From: an uncultured Methanosarcinaceae archaeon
Lineage (GTDB): Archaea > Halobacteriota > Methanosarcinia > Methanosarcinales > Methanosarcinaceae
Assembly (NCBI GenBank): GCA_963847185.1
Contig: CAWJYV010000001.1
Coordinates: 1-64,000 of the forward strand
Reading direction: 5' to 3'
DNA: 64,000 bases
A program made the translations under genes and the position numbers. Numbering within the stretch: the first letter of the stretch is position 1; each line of letters begins with the position of its first letter. The notes beneath the pieces were generated by a model that saw nothing but the letters and a program-made list of their open reading frames with translations, had not been told where the DNA came from and did no database searches. Shown here in pieces: positions 34,241 to 45,371 of this stretch.

Positions 34241-35404
34241 GAGATTGGAGTGGTTGCCTTCACGCTACTATTTTACAAAATAAACCATGGGATACCTTAT
34301 TTTATAGACATAATTGTTTGCATGTCTGAGTTCCATTTATAGTACAAATGTGGCTAAAAATATGAAGCAATTATTTAACAACGTTTCTAGGGGAAATCTT
34401 CTTTTAAGGGTAAGAAGTCCAAAGGTAATCATATTCACCCGACTCAAGAAAAATCCTGGCTAAGAGGAATACAGAGCCAATATTCGAGGTCATTTTGGTG
34501 GGTGTAGGTCTGCCTATGTAGACGTTGTCAGTTTGTAAAGTCTAGACCTTAGTTTCCTGTCCAGTGATATTATCCTGTAAAAAGATTGTCCTATAACTTA
34601 TCCCGTTCTACTTATTTTTTCATTCCAATAACTTAGCCTGTTTTACTTATTTTTTTCTATGTCACTTAAACTTCTATTTGGATAATTTAGATCTAGAGAA
34701 AAACACTGAAGTAGTAAAGTTTGGATATTGAAAGAGTCCTGAAAGAGTAATACAACTTTTTTTAAATATATGTGTATATTTCGAGTTTTTAAATTGAGTT
34801 TAATTAGAAAATAAGGTATATTAATTCCATAAATGCCTCACTTGTACTATTAAGGTCTTTTTTTTGCATAAAAGCTTGAATTATGGACTAAAACTCCTTA
34901 TTTTGCTGAGGGATTTCTTGATTTAAATCTAATAATAAATATAAAAGTATGTATATTATTTAAAGCCCTGTTAGTCTAATTTTTAAAAGCCTATTAATAT
35001 TAAGTAAAAGTAATTCTATCCATTTTATATAATTATGAATTATATATTAGGTTGTACTTTCTGGCAGCTAAGATCAAATGTGTCCTCTCCAACAAAAGTA
35101 AGTAACCAGAAAAGTTTCTAAATGCGATTGCCAAGAGTAACTATAGATCTGAGGAGTAGATAAATAATTTTTATTAGAGGATTATATGTTCAGTGTATAC
35201 TATGGATAATTATACACTCCATATCCATCATACTCTAATCTTAAAGCTTTGTCTTCTCCTAGATATAAAACAAGTAGAAAGTACAAGTGCAAAAAGAATA
35301 CAATAAACTAAAAATATAAAAATTTAAAAATAAAATAAAAATATAAAAACTAAAAATATAAAAATTTGATACATAAAAATATACTAAACATGGGGGTAAA
35401 ATAA

Positions 35405-35665
35405 ATGTTCGGATTTGGTGGATTTGGTGGATTTGGTAGAGGACGTGGGTTTGATCGTGGATTTGGCTTTGGCGGCTGCGGTGGATGTGGCGGAGGCTGC
35501 GGTGGCTTTGACGGTGGCTGTGGCGGAGGCTGTGGACCAAGGGGAGCTTGCGTAACAACCGTAATTCGTAGAGTCTGCGCCATAGGTGGCAGGGGCGGCT
35601 GTGGCAGGGATGGGTTCGACGGGACTTCGACGGCGGCTTCGACGGGTTGTTTTAATAACCACTGA
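35405..35665 (+). CDS. Gly/Cys/Phe-rich small protein (86 aa)
   Basis: MFGFGGFGGFGR...GGCGGCGGGCGG; GC-rich island with GGGGT RBS; paralog on the opposite strand. Confidence 0.7.
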   Translation: MFGFGGFGGFGRGRGFDRGFGFGGCGGCGGGCGGFDGGCGGGCGPRGACVTTVIRRVCAIGGRGGCGRDGFDGTSTAASTGCFNNH

Positions 35666-36359
35666 ACCTGAAATAAATTAAGGATGAAATAATAAATTGT
35701 AGTCATCTTTTCAAGACACGAGGGGCCATGTTACCCAAAATTATCTTGTTTTGAATTGGTGACTCTCCTTCTCATTTCTTATGAGTTTGTAACTACACCT
35801 TTTGTGTTTTATGATTACTCATTGATTCCAAAATAAAGACATATTTAGGATCTTTTTTATATTCAGTTCGTAAGAATTTTAGAAATAATTAAATGCCATG
35901 GAAGACGCAAACACAGTATTCTCACTGGGTTTATGGCAAATAGGGGAAGAGGAATAAAACTCCTGGACTGACCCAACTACTAGCTAAGAGGATAACAGAG
36001 CGTTTTTCGGGCTTGATTTTGGAGTAGTAAAGCCCTAGATAAAGTAATAGAGAAGATAAGTGGTTGCTTCTTTTTTAAATTTACACTGTTTTTAGTAGAA
36101 CAGCACCAGCGCAGCTTTGATTCAGGTTTTTAAAAAGAGGGGGCTTATTTCTTCTATCCTATCGGGTAGTATGTATAGCTTCTTTAAAAGAAGTCCTCTA
36201 AATGAAGTATTAGCTTTCATGTATTTTTCACCAATATTAATATAAATGCACAAATGCGTTTTACAATTCTATAATGTACATATTATTGTTCCTGCTTTTT
36301 CTTATATAGGTTTATTTATATTTTTGAGATATGATATAAACAAAGCTTAATAAGATAAT

Positions 36360-36620
36360 ATGAAAGCAGAAGATAAAAGGGGTAATATGGTCTGTCCTGT
36401 ATGTGTGGTTGGAGGAATTGGATTTGTTCTCAGTACGATTTTTGGGTTTCCTGATGTTGTTGTGGCTTTTGTGAACGGAATGCTGGCGACTTCAATGGCA
36501 TACTGGACAAATCATGTAATAGCAAAAAGATGGAAGAAAAGAAGAGGTCAACTTGTAGCAATAAATATTCTGCTAGGGATTGTGTGCTTGTATTCTCTCA
36601 AATGGATTGGATTGTGGTAA
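36360..36620 (+). CDS. Small membrane protein with a CxxC motif
   Basis: MVCPVCVVGGIG followed by about three hydrophobic segments; likely start 36387. Confidence 0.65.
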   Translation: MKAEDKRGNMVCPVCVVGGIGFVLSTIFGFPDVVVAFVNGMLATSMAYWTNHVIAKRWKKRRGQLVAINILLGIVCLYSLKWIGLW

Positions 36621-36702
36621 AGTAGAGGGTATTTTCCGCCAAACCCAGAATTGAAACTTTAATATTTAGGCTGTCTCAAAACTACCCTGAATTATACATT
36701 TA

Positions 36703-37590
36703 GAGCGTGTCTGAATATTATATTTTTCTCATTCGCTTAACGTTTTGATACGACTCAGTCGTCTAATCATTATGTGTATCATCGCAGCATATACCAACGC
36801 TTGACTTGATTCTGTCAAACCTTCGTAATCTTTACTCAAACGTCGATATCGACCCAGCCATGCAAATGTCCTCTCTACAATCCATCTGTGAGGAAGTACT
36901 TTAAAGCCTTTGACATCTTCACTACGCTTAACTATTTCCATCACCCATCCACACATTACATTGACCCAATCAACCAGTTTACCCGAGTAACCAGCATCAG
37001 CCCAAATAAGCTGCAATCGAGAAAATCTTCCCGTAACTTGTTCCAGAACAATTTTAGCCCCATCTCGATCCTGAATATTTGCTGCATGAACTACAACTAT
37101 TAACAGTAGCCCTATTGTATCCACCAGAATATGGCGTTTTCTCCCTTTTACTTTCTTGCCAGCATCATAACCGCGTATTCCGGGTGTTTCTGTGGTTTTA
37201 ACTGACTGGCTATCTAAAATCGCTGCACTCGGCTCTGGTTCTCTGCCATACGCAACTCTCAATTCCGTTCTCAATGCAGCATTGATATGTTCCCAAATTC
37301 CTTTAATCCGCCAAAGGCGGAAATAATGGTAAACAGTTTTCCATGGTGGAAATTCGTGGGGTAACATTCGCCATGCACAACCAGAACGTAACAAATAAAA
37401 TATGGCATTCAATATTTCTCGATAGGAATGAATGCGCTTTCTACCTCGATTCGTTCTGGGATTCTGGAAATAAAGCTTAATTAATTCCCATTCTTTATCG
37501 GTTAAATCACTAGGATAAGAAAGGCTTCTAGATCGTTTTGGCATTGGCGAACAATCAGGTTATAGGAATATTTAATTTTAAGACAGGCTC
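36703..37590 (-). mobile_element. IS5-family (IS1031-like) insertion sequence
   Basis: TIRs GAGCGTGTCTGAA and TTAAGACAGGCTC; TTA on both flanks. Confidence 0.9.
36729..37544 (-). CDS. IS5-family transposase
   Basis: YPSDLTDKEW, GCAWRMLP, LDSQSVK, GRKRH, ADAGY, RWIVERTFAWL...RRLSKDYE. Confidence 0.95.
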   Translation of the reverse strand: MPKRSRSLSYPSDLTDKEWELIKLYFQNPRTNRGRKRIHSYREILNAIFYLLRSGCAWRMLPHEFPPWKTVYHYFRLWRIKGIWEHINAALRTELRVAYGREPEPSAAILDSQSVKTTETPGIRGYDAGKKVKGRKRHILVDTIGLLLIVVVHAANIQDRDGAKIVLEQVTGRFSRLQLIWADAGYSGKLVDWVNVMCGWVMEIVKRSEDVKGFKVLPHRWIVERTFAWLGRYRRLSKDYEGLTESSQALVYAAMIHIMIRRLSRIKTLSE

Positions 37591-37935
37591 TTAGATAAAA
37601 AGATCTAAATTTTCATTTTCTTTAGGAATTACGCACTTGAAGTACAAAATCAACCGTATAAGTCCTCTAGTAAAAGTAGGTTAGACTCATTCGTCAGCCT
37701 TTCTAGCTAATTCCTGTCAATATCAGGAAAGACTCTACAAAACAGATTAGACTTTAATATGCTTAAGTTCTCCTGTTTATGTAGTCCATCGAAAGGCTGT
37801 ACGAATGTGTCTTTATGGATTTCATTTTTTTGAGTGTCTAAGACAGTTTATTTTTATCCTTTCACTATTTAGCAAGCTAATAATAGCTAAACAGCTTTTA
37901 TCCATGAAGCAATTATTCAACGGGCAGCGATTGGT

Positions 37936-38037
37936 TTAGCATCCTCCACAGCCGTCGCAGCCGCCAAAGCCGCCGCAGCCGCCAAATCCACAGCCGCCGA
38001 ATCTACCGAATCCACCAAATCCACCAAATCCGAACAT
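37936..38037 (-). CDS. 33-aa Gly/Cys/Phe peptide MFGFGGFGGFGRFGGCGFGGCGGFGGCDGCGGC
   Basis: Translated by hand. First 12 aa and upstream region are shared with 35405-35665. Confidence 0.7.
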   Translation of the reverse strand: MFGFGGFGGFGRFGGCGFGGCGGFGGCDGCGGC

Positions 38038-38689
38038 TTATTTTACCCCCATGTTTAGTATATTATTTTAGATTTTTTATTGTGCTTTTTCTTATTCTTA
38101 TTTTCTCTTATTTTCTACTCTTTTTTCTACTCTTTTTGCGTAAGGAGAAGACAAAACTTTAAGATTAGAGTATGAAGTGGGCATACGGCCCTCTAATCAA
38201 ATTTTTTATCTATTCCTCAAATATATAATTACTTCTGGAAATCGTATTTGGAAAATATTCTATCACTTCCTTCCGTCTGGAGAGAACAGATTCAAGTTTA
38301 ACTGCCAGAAGTACAAGTTAATATATAATTCTCGAATATATAAAAATAATAGAATATTTTTTACTTAATATTAATAGTCTTTTAAAAACTGAGCACATCT
38401 GACGTTAAAAAAGCGAAGTTACTTTTATACTAATTGGCAGATTTAAATCCTTTAAGATATCCGCTAAAATGAGAAGTTTAGTCCATAATTCAAACTTTTA
38501 CACAAAAAAAAGACCTCAACAATATAAATAAGGCTTTTACGAGACGAATAAATCCCTTTTTCGAATTAAAGCCAATTTAAGGGGTTAAAATACACATATT
38601 TAGTAAAATAAGTTGTATTACTTCTTCATCACTCTTTCGAGATCTGAACTCCATGACTTTATCATAAAGGAAGTAAAGATTACGGGTTT

Positions 38690-38800
38690 AAAGTATTCAT
38701 TTTACTCGTTTTAATTGCGTCGTCGAGCCGCTCGGGATATATTTTTGTCTATTTGACTATAAGCGATAGCTTTGGACATTGTACATAGCTTCTCAGCTAG
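38690..38800 (+). repeat. Partial type A repeat (right half)
   Basis: AGTATTCATTTTACTCGTTTTAATTGCG...GGGATATA...AAGCGATAGC...TTGTACATAGCTTCTC. Confidence 0.7.
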
Positions 38801-38936
38801 AGTACGGACCAAGATTATCATATAAAAATAAACATTTTAAAAAGATTTATAATGTATAAATAACTTTAAAGAGTAAATATAAAAGCATTTTTAAGCTGAT
38901 AAACTATCCATAAAAATAGAAATATCGAGGGTTATC

Positions 38937-39335
38937 ATGAAAGACTTAGAAGTGAAAATGTTGGACGAAGAAGACCATATTTTTATTGAAACGTTAAGGA
39001 ATCTAGGAATGTCAAGAAATGTCGCTACAACCATGGCATATCTTATGAATGTAGACGAATCTTCAGCCCGGGAAATTGAAATAAGTACTGGATTAAGGCA
39101 ACCCGAAGTAAGTCTTGCAATAAAACTAATGCACAACCAATCCTGGATCAGTGTGCGCTCGGAAAAAAATCATGGAAAAGGACGGCCGACAAAGATTTAT
39201 TCTCTTGCAGCTCCGGTTGACGAGGTCATAAGTTATTACGAAGACAAGATTTACAAAGAATCTCAGGCAACCGTCTCGGTGATCAAGAAGCTTAAAATGA
39301 TGAGTAAAAGTATGCTTTCTACTCCTTCAAAGTGA
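38937..39335 (+). CDS. Archaeal HTH transcriptional regulator (ArsR/TrmB-like)
   Basis: SAREIEISTGLRQPEVSLA...GKGRPTKIYSL. Confidence 0.85.
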   Translation: MKDLEVKMLDEEDHIFIETLRNLGMSRNVATTMAYLMNVDESSAREIEISTGLRQPEVSLAIKLMHNQSWISVRSEKNHGKGRPTKIYSLAAPVDEVISYYEDKIYKESQATVSVIKKLKMMSKSMLSTPSK

Positions 39336-39454
39336 AGGATTTCAAATGGGGTTAGCTCCATAATGGCTGACAATCCTTTTTGGGGATTCACTATTATGGA
39401 AAATTAAATTTCTCCGGAATTCTCATTTAACTTTTCTATCTGCTCATCCTTAAT

Positions 39455-39832
39455 GTGGAGCCTTTTGGGATATATCTTGGTCTATTTGGCTACAAGCGAT
39501 AACTGTGGCCTTTGTAAGTGGCTTTTAGATATATGTGTGTCTTCAGGATAGATATGCTGCAATATATCCCAGAAACCTCTCCGATAACTCAGATCTGAGT
39601 CATCGGTAAACATAGTCGGAAGGCTTTAAAGAAATGCTGACATAGAGTATTCATTTTACTCGTTTCAATTGCTTTGTGGAATCTTCAGGGATATATTGGT
39701 CCATCTGGATACGAGCGGTATCCTTGGCCATTGTACGTGGCTTCTAGGCGTATGTGCGTGGAGGCTTCGCAAGATACTCGACAGTGCCAGCCTTCCATAT
39801 ATCCCAGAAACCTCTCCGATAACTCAGATCTG
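39455..39832 (+). repeat. Cluster of fold-back repeat units (right half, A, partial A)
   Basis: Palindrome copies at 39581-39606 and 39816-39832; junction hairpin at about 39739-39812. Confidence 0.85.
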
Positions 39833-40094
39833 GAACCCCAAAGAGAACCTGATCGACTACAGGTCTTAGCACAGGAACACTTGGAAATCTAAAGTATATC
39901 GGGAAAAAAGATAAGGCGAAGAGGCTGAAAAATTGGGGTTGACACGGACAGAGTACAGTGATTATTGGTTGGACTAGAGAAGGAGAAGAAACAGAAAGTA
40001 ATAAATACAAAATGTAAAGCCACCATTGAAGCAAAGAAGAGGGGAGCTATAATTTGACATTTCTAGTTATGAGGTAAAACGTTGCTAGTTACAC

Positions 40095-40718
40095 CTATTT
40101 TGAAGTTGCATCATCTAAAATTTTAGAGATCAATATATTCATAACCTGTTTAACGGCTTCATCGTCATCGATGTCTTTGATTTCTGAAAAAAGTAAATCA
40201 CCCATAATTTGATTAATAGTATCTTCTGTTATTCCGTGAGCGGTCATCCATTTTCGTTGAACTAACTCCAATTCACGATCCATTTCTTCAAAATAAACGC
40301 TCAGCTGACTAAGTTCTGCTATCATTTCTTCTTGACCACGTGTATGACTGAATTTCATAGCACGTTTCCAAAAATAATGGTGTGCCAAAAAATTTCTTTT
40401 TTCCAACGCATCTGCAAGTTTCTTTTCAAAGCTTTCTGGTAAATCCACTGACTTCTTAATCTGTTTTATCAGTTGACCGAGCGTTTTCTTAAAATTGGCT
40501 TCGAGAATAGAGTAGAACTGAGGTCGAGTAGTATGATTTGCTTCAGAATTATACACTGTAGCACTAAGCATTGATAAAGTTCTTTCTAAGCATTGAATGT
40601 GGTACATGGTAAGTCCAAAAAAAGCGTATACCTCTCTGATACGATAAGATTCAGAATTAATTGTAACATTGTCGCTATCATAAACTCCATAATCCATATT
40701 ATCTACCACGCATCTCAA
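40095..40718 (-). CDS. Hypothetical protein with a HEPN-like Rx4H motif
   Basis: Helical protein with LERTL...TLGQLI...KRNFLAHHY. Confidence 0.7.
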   Translation of the reverse strand: MRCVVDNMDYGVYDSDNVTINSESYRIREVYAFFGLTMYHIQCLERTLSMLSATVYNSEANHTTRPQFYSILEANFKKTLGQLIKQIKKSVDLPESFEKKLADALEKRNFLAHHYFWKRAMKFSHTRGQEEMIAELSQLSVYFEEMDRELELVQRKWMTAHGITEDTINQIMGDLLFSEIKDIDDDEAVKQVMNILISKILDDATSK

Positions 40719-41497
40719 TTTAAAACAGCTAACTCAAAATCTTTTCTATTTTACCTTTATGAAATTGTTGTCTCAGCTGTTCTAAAAATCGATTATAGCC
40801 ACAAGGCCAAATAATGCAACTGCTATATGAGAACAAAGTGGTTTCTATTGCACAATTACAGGCGTGACTATATCTAATAGTAGCCGTATTAATTTGAAAG
40901 ACAACAATTTATATTAATTTTCTATTTTGGGCAGTCCATCATTTATTGATTGATATTATTCCAAATAATCGAAATACAGTTTCCAGCTCATTTTTTCCAA
41001 CATTTTGGCGTTGCTGGGATCAGCTCTCTGTACAGTATATAAATGCAAGCAAAGGCCGTGTTGGAGAGAATATGATGAAAACATCGACCAAGTATTAGTG
41101 GACGACCTGTGAGCTTAATTTATCCAAAAACAGCAATATGTAATATGGAACAGCACTATCATTTTAACAAAAAACGCATCATTACCCTTTATATACGAGC
41201 TGAAAGAAATAATAAATTGTCTTTCTGGATTGTTGACTGCCATAAAATTACCAAACATTTGAAACCATTGTCCGCGTATTGTTGTCTTATGCGGACACAT
41301 ATTATAACGCTTTGCGAGAAGAGAACACCTCAAAAGATGAACCATAACTTCTCGTAAAGCTTTCTTCAAGGCTGTCCTTAATTTCCATTGGGCAGCCAAT
41401 TCTGTTTTTATAAAAATACGTTCCTTCTCTCTTTAATGATCGGGATAATTAGAATTAAGCCTTTCATTGCCAAAGGCAAATATCAGGGAGATTAGAA

Positions 41498-41577
41498 TAC
41501 GATAGCTAGCGCCATTTAGCGTTGCTTCTGGCACCGTCTACGAGATAAAGTTGGGAAAAAGAGCAAAAAAATTATTC
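41498..41577 (+). repeat. ~80-bp direct repeat, copy 1 (copy 2 at 45830-45909)
   Basis: TACGA..GCTAGCGCC....GT(T/G)GCTTCT.G.....CTAC.AGAT.AAGTTGGGAAAAA.AGCAAAAAAATTATTC. Confidence 0.8.
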
Positions 41578-41695
41578 GTCCTTCTTCATGCAAAACAACT
41601 ACAGTCTTCAATAATTTTATTTATTATAAATACAGTTTTCCTACATTCTAACTCAGAGATAAAAAGCTTGAAGTGAAAAGGAGATCTATTAACTA

Positions 41696-41836
41696 ATGAA
41701 AAAATTTGAGTACAAATGTGTCCCTATTCTGAAAATGGGAAAAGGTACCACAAGGGAACTTAATGAATATGGTGCAGAGGGATGGGAACTTGTCTGCGTA
41801 TGGGCTTTCTGGCATTATTTGAAAAGAGAACCTTGA
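41696..41836 (+). CDS. DUF4177-like small protein (46 aa)
   Basis: MKKFEYK...LNEYGAEGWELV...YLKRE; RBS AGGAG upstream. Confidence 0.75.
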   Translation: MKKFEYKCVPILKMGKGTTRELNEYGAEGWELVCVWAFWHYLKREP

Positions 41837-41844
41837 GAAAATCT

Positions 41845-42216
41845 TCCAATAGCTTTTTCACTTCCTCTCGTATTAGTGGAAGCATTACAGATTTTTCCAT
41901 AACTCCACCACCTAAAATAATGCGTTCTGGCGATAATATGCAGATATAGTTAGTTAATGCAAGTGCTATATAATGTGCTTCCAATTCCCAAGCTGGATGG
42001 TTGTCAGGCAATTCCTCTGCAGTTTTTCCCTATCTTTTAGAAATAGCTAGTCCGGAGGCTAAGCCCTTCAAAACAATCATTGTGATATCGGCACAAACCT
42101 TCAAAATGGTCTTATCCCCGATCGTGCAGAATTATAGATATGTCCCATCTCAGGATGAACTAATCCATGCGTTAGTTTACCATTTATCATACCGCCACCA
42201 CCAATTCCTGTGCCAA
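41845..42216 (-). pseudogene. ROK-family (fructokinase-like) sugar kinase fragment
   Basis: GTGIGGG, HPEMGH, CFEGLASG and SPERIILGGGVM across broken frames. Confidence 0.8.
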
Positions 42217-42219
42217 TAG

Positions 42220-42691
42220 TCAAGTAAATAAAATGAAATTTGGTCAGGAGCTAGAGGAACTGAAAAGCGAAAATGAGATCTCTATTGTTGAAATGGATGA
42301 GATGCACACTTACATCGGTAACAAAAAAAATATTGCTGGATCTGGATTGCTGTTGATAGAGTTGGGAAAAAGTTCATCAACTGCTCTTTTGGCAGCAGAG
42401 GGACGGAAACTGGACAAAAACTCTGGGAAAAGTTAAAGGAAAAAGAGATTGGAAAAGTGATGACTGATCACTGGAGAGCATATGCAGAGTTTATTCCAGA
42501 AAAAATTCATACTCAATCAAAAGCAGAAACTTATACTGTTGAAGGATATAACAGCATATTAAGGCACTTTCTAGCAAGATTGAGGCGAAAGACAAAGTGT
42601 TATACTAAGAGTCTTGAAATGCTAAAGTACTCGGTTATTCTCTTAATAAAATACAGAAATAATGAGTTAACTATATTTAGGTAACAATGTC
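42220..42691 (+). mobile_element. IS1-family fragment (5'-truncated)
   Basis: EMDEMHTYIGNKK, an A-run, then TDHWRAY...VEGYNSILRHFLARLRRKTKCY. Confidence 0.8.
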
Positions 42692-42764
42692 AAATTTTTA
42701 TAGGGAAAAGAAACTATATATGAGATACTGTATAAAAAATATGATAAAGATGAAGAGAAATAAG

Positions 42765-45371
42765 ATGAAAACCAACCAAAAGTTTCATTCGATAGTGGTA
42801 GCATCAACAACTTTGATTTTATTTTCAATTCTAGTTTCATCTACGGTATCGGCATCTAAACCTTCTCATGATCAAAATACTTCTCTATCTATTGCAGGCC
42901 CATATGTAGGCTCTCTTGTATATGACTCTCCGGCATCTGGAGTAAATAATCAATACGGTCTCGATACAGGGAAACAGTCCAGAATAAGGCAGAATGGATA
43001 TATTAATGGGGTACAATTTGCAATCGCTAATGCAAATAAAGTTAACAGGTTCAATGTTTGCATTTGGAGAAGAAACGATGATACTGGTAAATATAACCTG
43101 GTTGCAAAAAGTAACAATCTAACTCCTGATATTACAACTAGCGGGATCCAAAATATCCTTCTTTCCACTCCATTATACGCACATGAAGGTGACTATATTG
43201 GATGGGAAGCAAATTCAGTAGACACTACGAATATAATTGTGACATCTAAAGTTCCAGCAGGAACAACTGATGCTAAAATTCATTGGGGTACAGCTCGTAC
43301 TTTCTCAGTTGGCGATGAATACGACTTTGTAAACTCTTCAACTTACCATATTTCTAATAAAACATATCGTTTAAACGTGTTTATGGGTGCAGTAGACACT
43401 GCTTTCATAGGGGATTCGGTGGTCTCTGGTAGACCCGTACATACATCCTATGTGGACCCGGCTGCTTATTACAACCCCTGGTCATCAATGTCTTATTGGT
43501 GGGGTCTTTACTCAGGTAGGACATACCAAAACCTCGGGTGGAAAGGACAAACTACAGCTGAAATCAAAAATAGATTCTACGCAGATGCAATTGCTCTACA
43601 TCCGTCAAATGTCTTCATTGAAGGTGGGTTAAACGATTGGGCATATTCGATCAATAAGACTACAACTCTTTCAAATTTGTGCTGGATGGTAAACGAAACG
43701 GTAGCTAATGGAGCACACGCCTATCTATGTGAGATTCCCCCGTCTACTGGAAGCGGGAATGCTATAAATTGGGCAGACTGGCAATGGATAAATAACCGAT
43801 TAAAAACGATTTATGCAAATAATTCAAGTGTTACTTTAGTTCCAATTAGAAATTATGTTGGACAGAAATATGCTTATGGTCCGGCTGGCAACCTGTGGGC
43901 AATAAATACTGCCTATGATGGTGGAGATGGCCTGCACTATAATATTGCAGGGTATCAAAAATTTGCATCTGTCATTTACAATTATTATTCAAATAGGTAT
44001 ACAGCAGATGTGATAAATGGAACTGCACCACTGCCGGTTCACTTTTCTACACTGAGACCCGCAATATTAAACTCATCTCTTCCAACTCTGGCAGGGTGGA
44101 GCAGGTCAGCAGCAATCGAACCCGCAACAAATATCTCTTTAAGTGAGTACATTTACATTCCAAAATATCCAGATATGAAAGCCGATAGTAGCGACATAAG
44201 GTTCTTCCTAAGTAACGGAATGATTCTTCCTTCTCAGTATCAATCAACCTCATCCGGAGTATATTTCATTTACAGATATGCTCATCCAGCAAACACTCCA
44301 GTATATTGTGCGTGGGGGAATAACAGTGCTCGCAATCTGACCCAGGTTACATATTTCGAGGATGGGGAAAGCACTGCAAACTGGAAAAACATGTCAGGCG
44401 GTAAGATTGAATCATCCACGGCGAGAGTATACAGCGGCAATCATTCCTTCAAATATACAGACCTATCTGCTACTACATATAATGATGACTGTACATTTAT
44501 GTTGCCTGTAAAGACAACTAATGCAACTGTAGAGTGGTATGCAAACCCAAGTCAAAACAACACATACTCGATGCTTACTATTTTAGACGGAAATGCATCT
44601 CTTAAGAAAGGACCTTGGACTGTATTCGGAAATAATGGACAGATTCAATATTGGAATAGAACAGGATATAAAAATATAAAAAGATATTCAGCAGGCAACT
44701 GGTATCATTTCAAATTGGTGGTGAAATCTGGAACTAAATATGATCTGTACGTGGATGACACTCTAATAGCAAGCGGCATCAACACATTAAATCCAGCTAC
44801 AGCCTATGATAGAGTAGTGATTTTTGGATATAATGTCGCTGGCAGTTCGTGTTATTATGATAATATTAATATAACAGTACCGGTAGGCTCAGTTGCAATC
44901 ACTTCTAACATTTCATATTTTACAATTCCGTCAACATCTCTTCCAAATACATATTCGTGGAACTTTGGAGACGGAACTGATTCAACCGAGCAGAATCCAA
45001 CGCATACTTACTCAACAGCAGGAAACTATACAGTTAACCTGACAGTAAAGAATGCAGTGGGCAATAATACGCTAACGAAATCTAATTTCATTAAAGTAAC
45101 GGCAAGCAATACGACTACGACATCAAAACCTGTTGTAAGCTTCTGGGGATCGCAAACCTCAGGAAGGGCTCCTCTTACAGTTACTTTCACAGATGCAAGT
45201 ACAAACATACCTATAGCATGGAACTGGAGTTTTGGAGACGGAACATATTCAACAGTTCAGAAACCAAAACATATATACTCAAAGGCAGGAAACTATTCAG
45301 TAAAGCTTACAGCAAGCAATGCTGCCGGAAGCGGAACATTAACCAGATCTAATTATATAAAGGTAGCATAA
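42765..45371 (+). CDS. Secreted SGNH/GDSL hydrolase with lectin-like and two PKD domains
   Basis: Signal peptide; FIGDS, NLG, GGLND and DGLH blocks; WNFGDG and WSFGDG PKD repeats. Confidence 0.85.
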   Translation: MKTNQKFHSIVVASTTLILFSILVSSTVSASKPSHDQNTSLSIAGPYVGSLVYDSPASGVNNQYGLDTGKQSRIRQNGYINGVQFAIANANKVNRFNVCIWRRNDDTGKYNLVAKSNNLTPDITTSGIQNILLSTPLYAHEGDYIGWEANSVDTTNIIVTSKVPAGTTDAKIHWGTARTFSVGDEYDFVNSSTYHISNKTYRLNVFMGAVDTAFIGDSVVSGRPVHTSYVDPAAYYNPWSSMSYWWGLYSGRTYQNLGWKGQTTAEIKNRFYADAIALHPSNVFIEGGLNDWAYSINKTTTLSNLCWMVNETVANGAHAYLCEIPPSTGSGNAINWADWQWINNRLKTIYANNSSVTLVPIRNYVGQKYAYGPAGNLWAINTAYDGGDGLHYNIAGYQKFASVIYNYYSNRYTADVINGTAPLPVHFSTLRPAILNSSLPTLAGWSRSAAIEPATNISLSEYIYIPKYPDMKADSSDIRFFLSNGMILPSQYQSTSSGVYFIYRYAHPANTPVYCAWGNNSARNLTQVTYFEDGESTANWKNMSGGKIESSTARVYSGNHSFKYTDLSATTYNDDCTFMLPVKTTNATVEWYANPSQNNTYSMLTILDGNASLKKGPWTVFGNNGQIQYWNRTGYKNIKRYSAGNWYHFKLVVKSGTKYDLYVDDTLIASGINTLNPATAYDRVVIFGYNVAGSSCYYDNINITVPVGSVAITSNISYFTIPSTSLPNTYSWNFGDGTDSTEQNPTHTYSTAGNYTVNLTVKNAVGNNTLTKSNFIKVTASNTTTTSKPVVSFWGSQTSGRAPLTVTFTDASTNIPIAWNWSFGDGTYSTVQKPKHIYSKAGNYSVKLTASNAAGSGTLTRSNYIKVA

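Larger units (their letters stand above)
34720..38650. repeat. ~700-bp diverged inverted duplication (34720-35440 vs 38000-38650)
   Basis: For example AATATACTAAACATGGGG(G)TAAAA(A)TAAATGTTCGGATTTGGTGGATTTGGTGG and AATTATGGACTAAA occur in opposite orientations. Confidence 0.8.

Noticed and set aside
35259-35706. Pro-rich and Ala/Thr-rich minus-strand ORFs
   Set aside because: These are shadows of the Gly/Cys gene. The inverted paralog conserves the RBS, start codon and frame of the Gly/Cys reading.
16783-36122. Short dispersed motif AAAG(C/T)TGCGCTGG at about 16786, 25746 and 36105 (inverted)
   Set aside because: Too short and too few copies to assign; likely remnants of another small repeat.
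17070-39832. CRISPR array interpretation of the dispersed repeats
   Set aside because: Units are 170-230 bp, degenerate and irregularly spaced, with conserved interiors instead of unique ~35-bp spacers. No cas operon is present.
17070-39832. Canonical integron attC sites with an IntI integrase
   Set aside because: No RYYYAAC/GTTRRRY boxes were recognised, cargo blocks are multi-gene and on both strands, and the integrase looks like an archaeal Zn-ribbon type. Only an analogy is claimed.
16918-39892. Short ORFs overlapping the repeat clusters (16918, 17567, 25962, 26045, 39669, 39674)
   Set aside because: Reading frames are not preserved between repeat copies, so they are treated as non-coding.
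41109-41399. ORFs 41109-41357 (+) and 41115-41399 (-)
   Set aside because: No recognisable motif or clear RBS; possibly decayed sequence.
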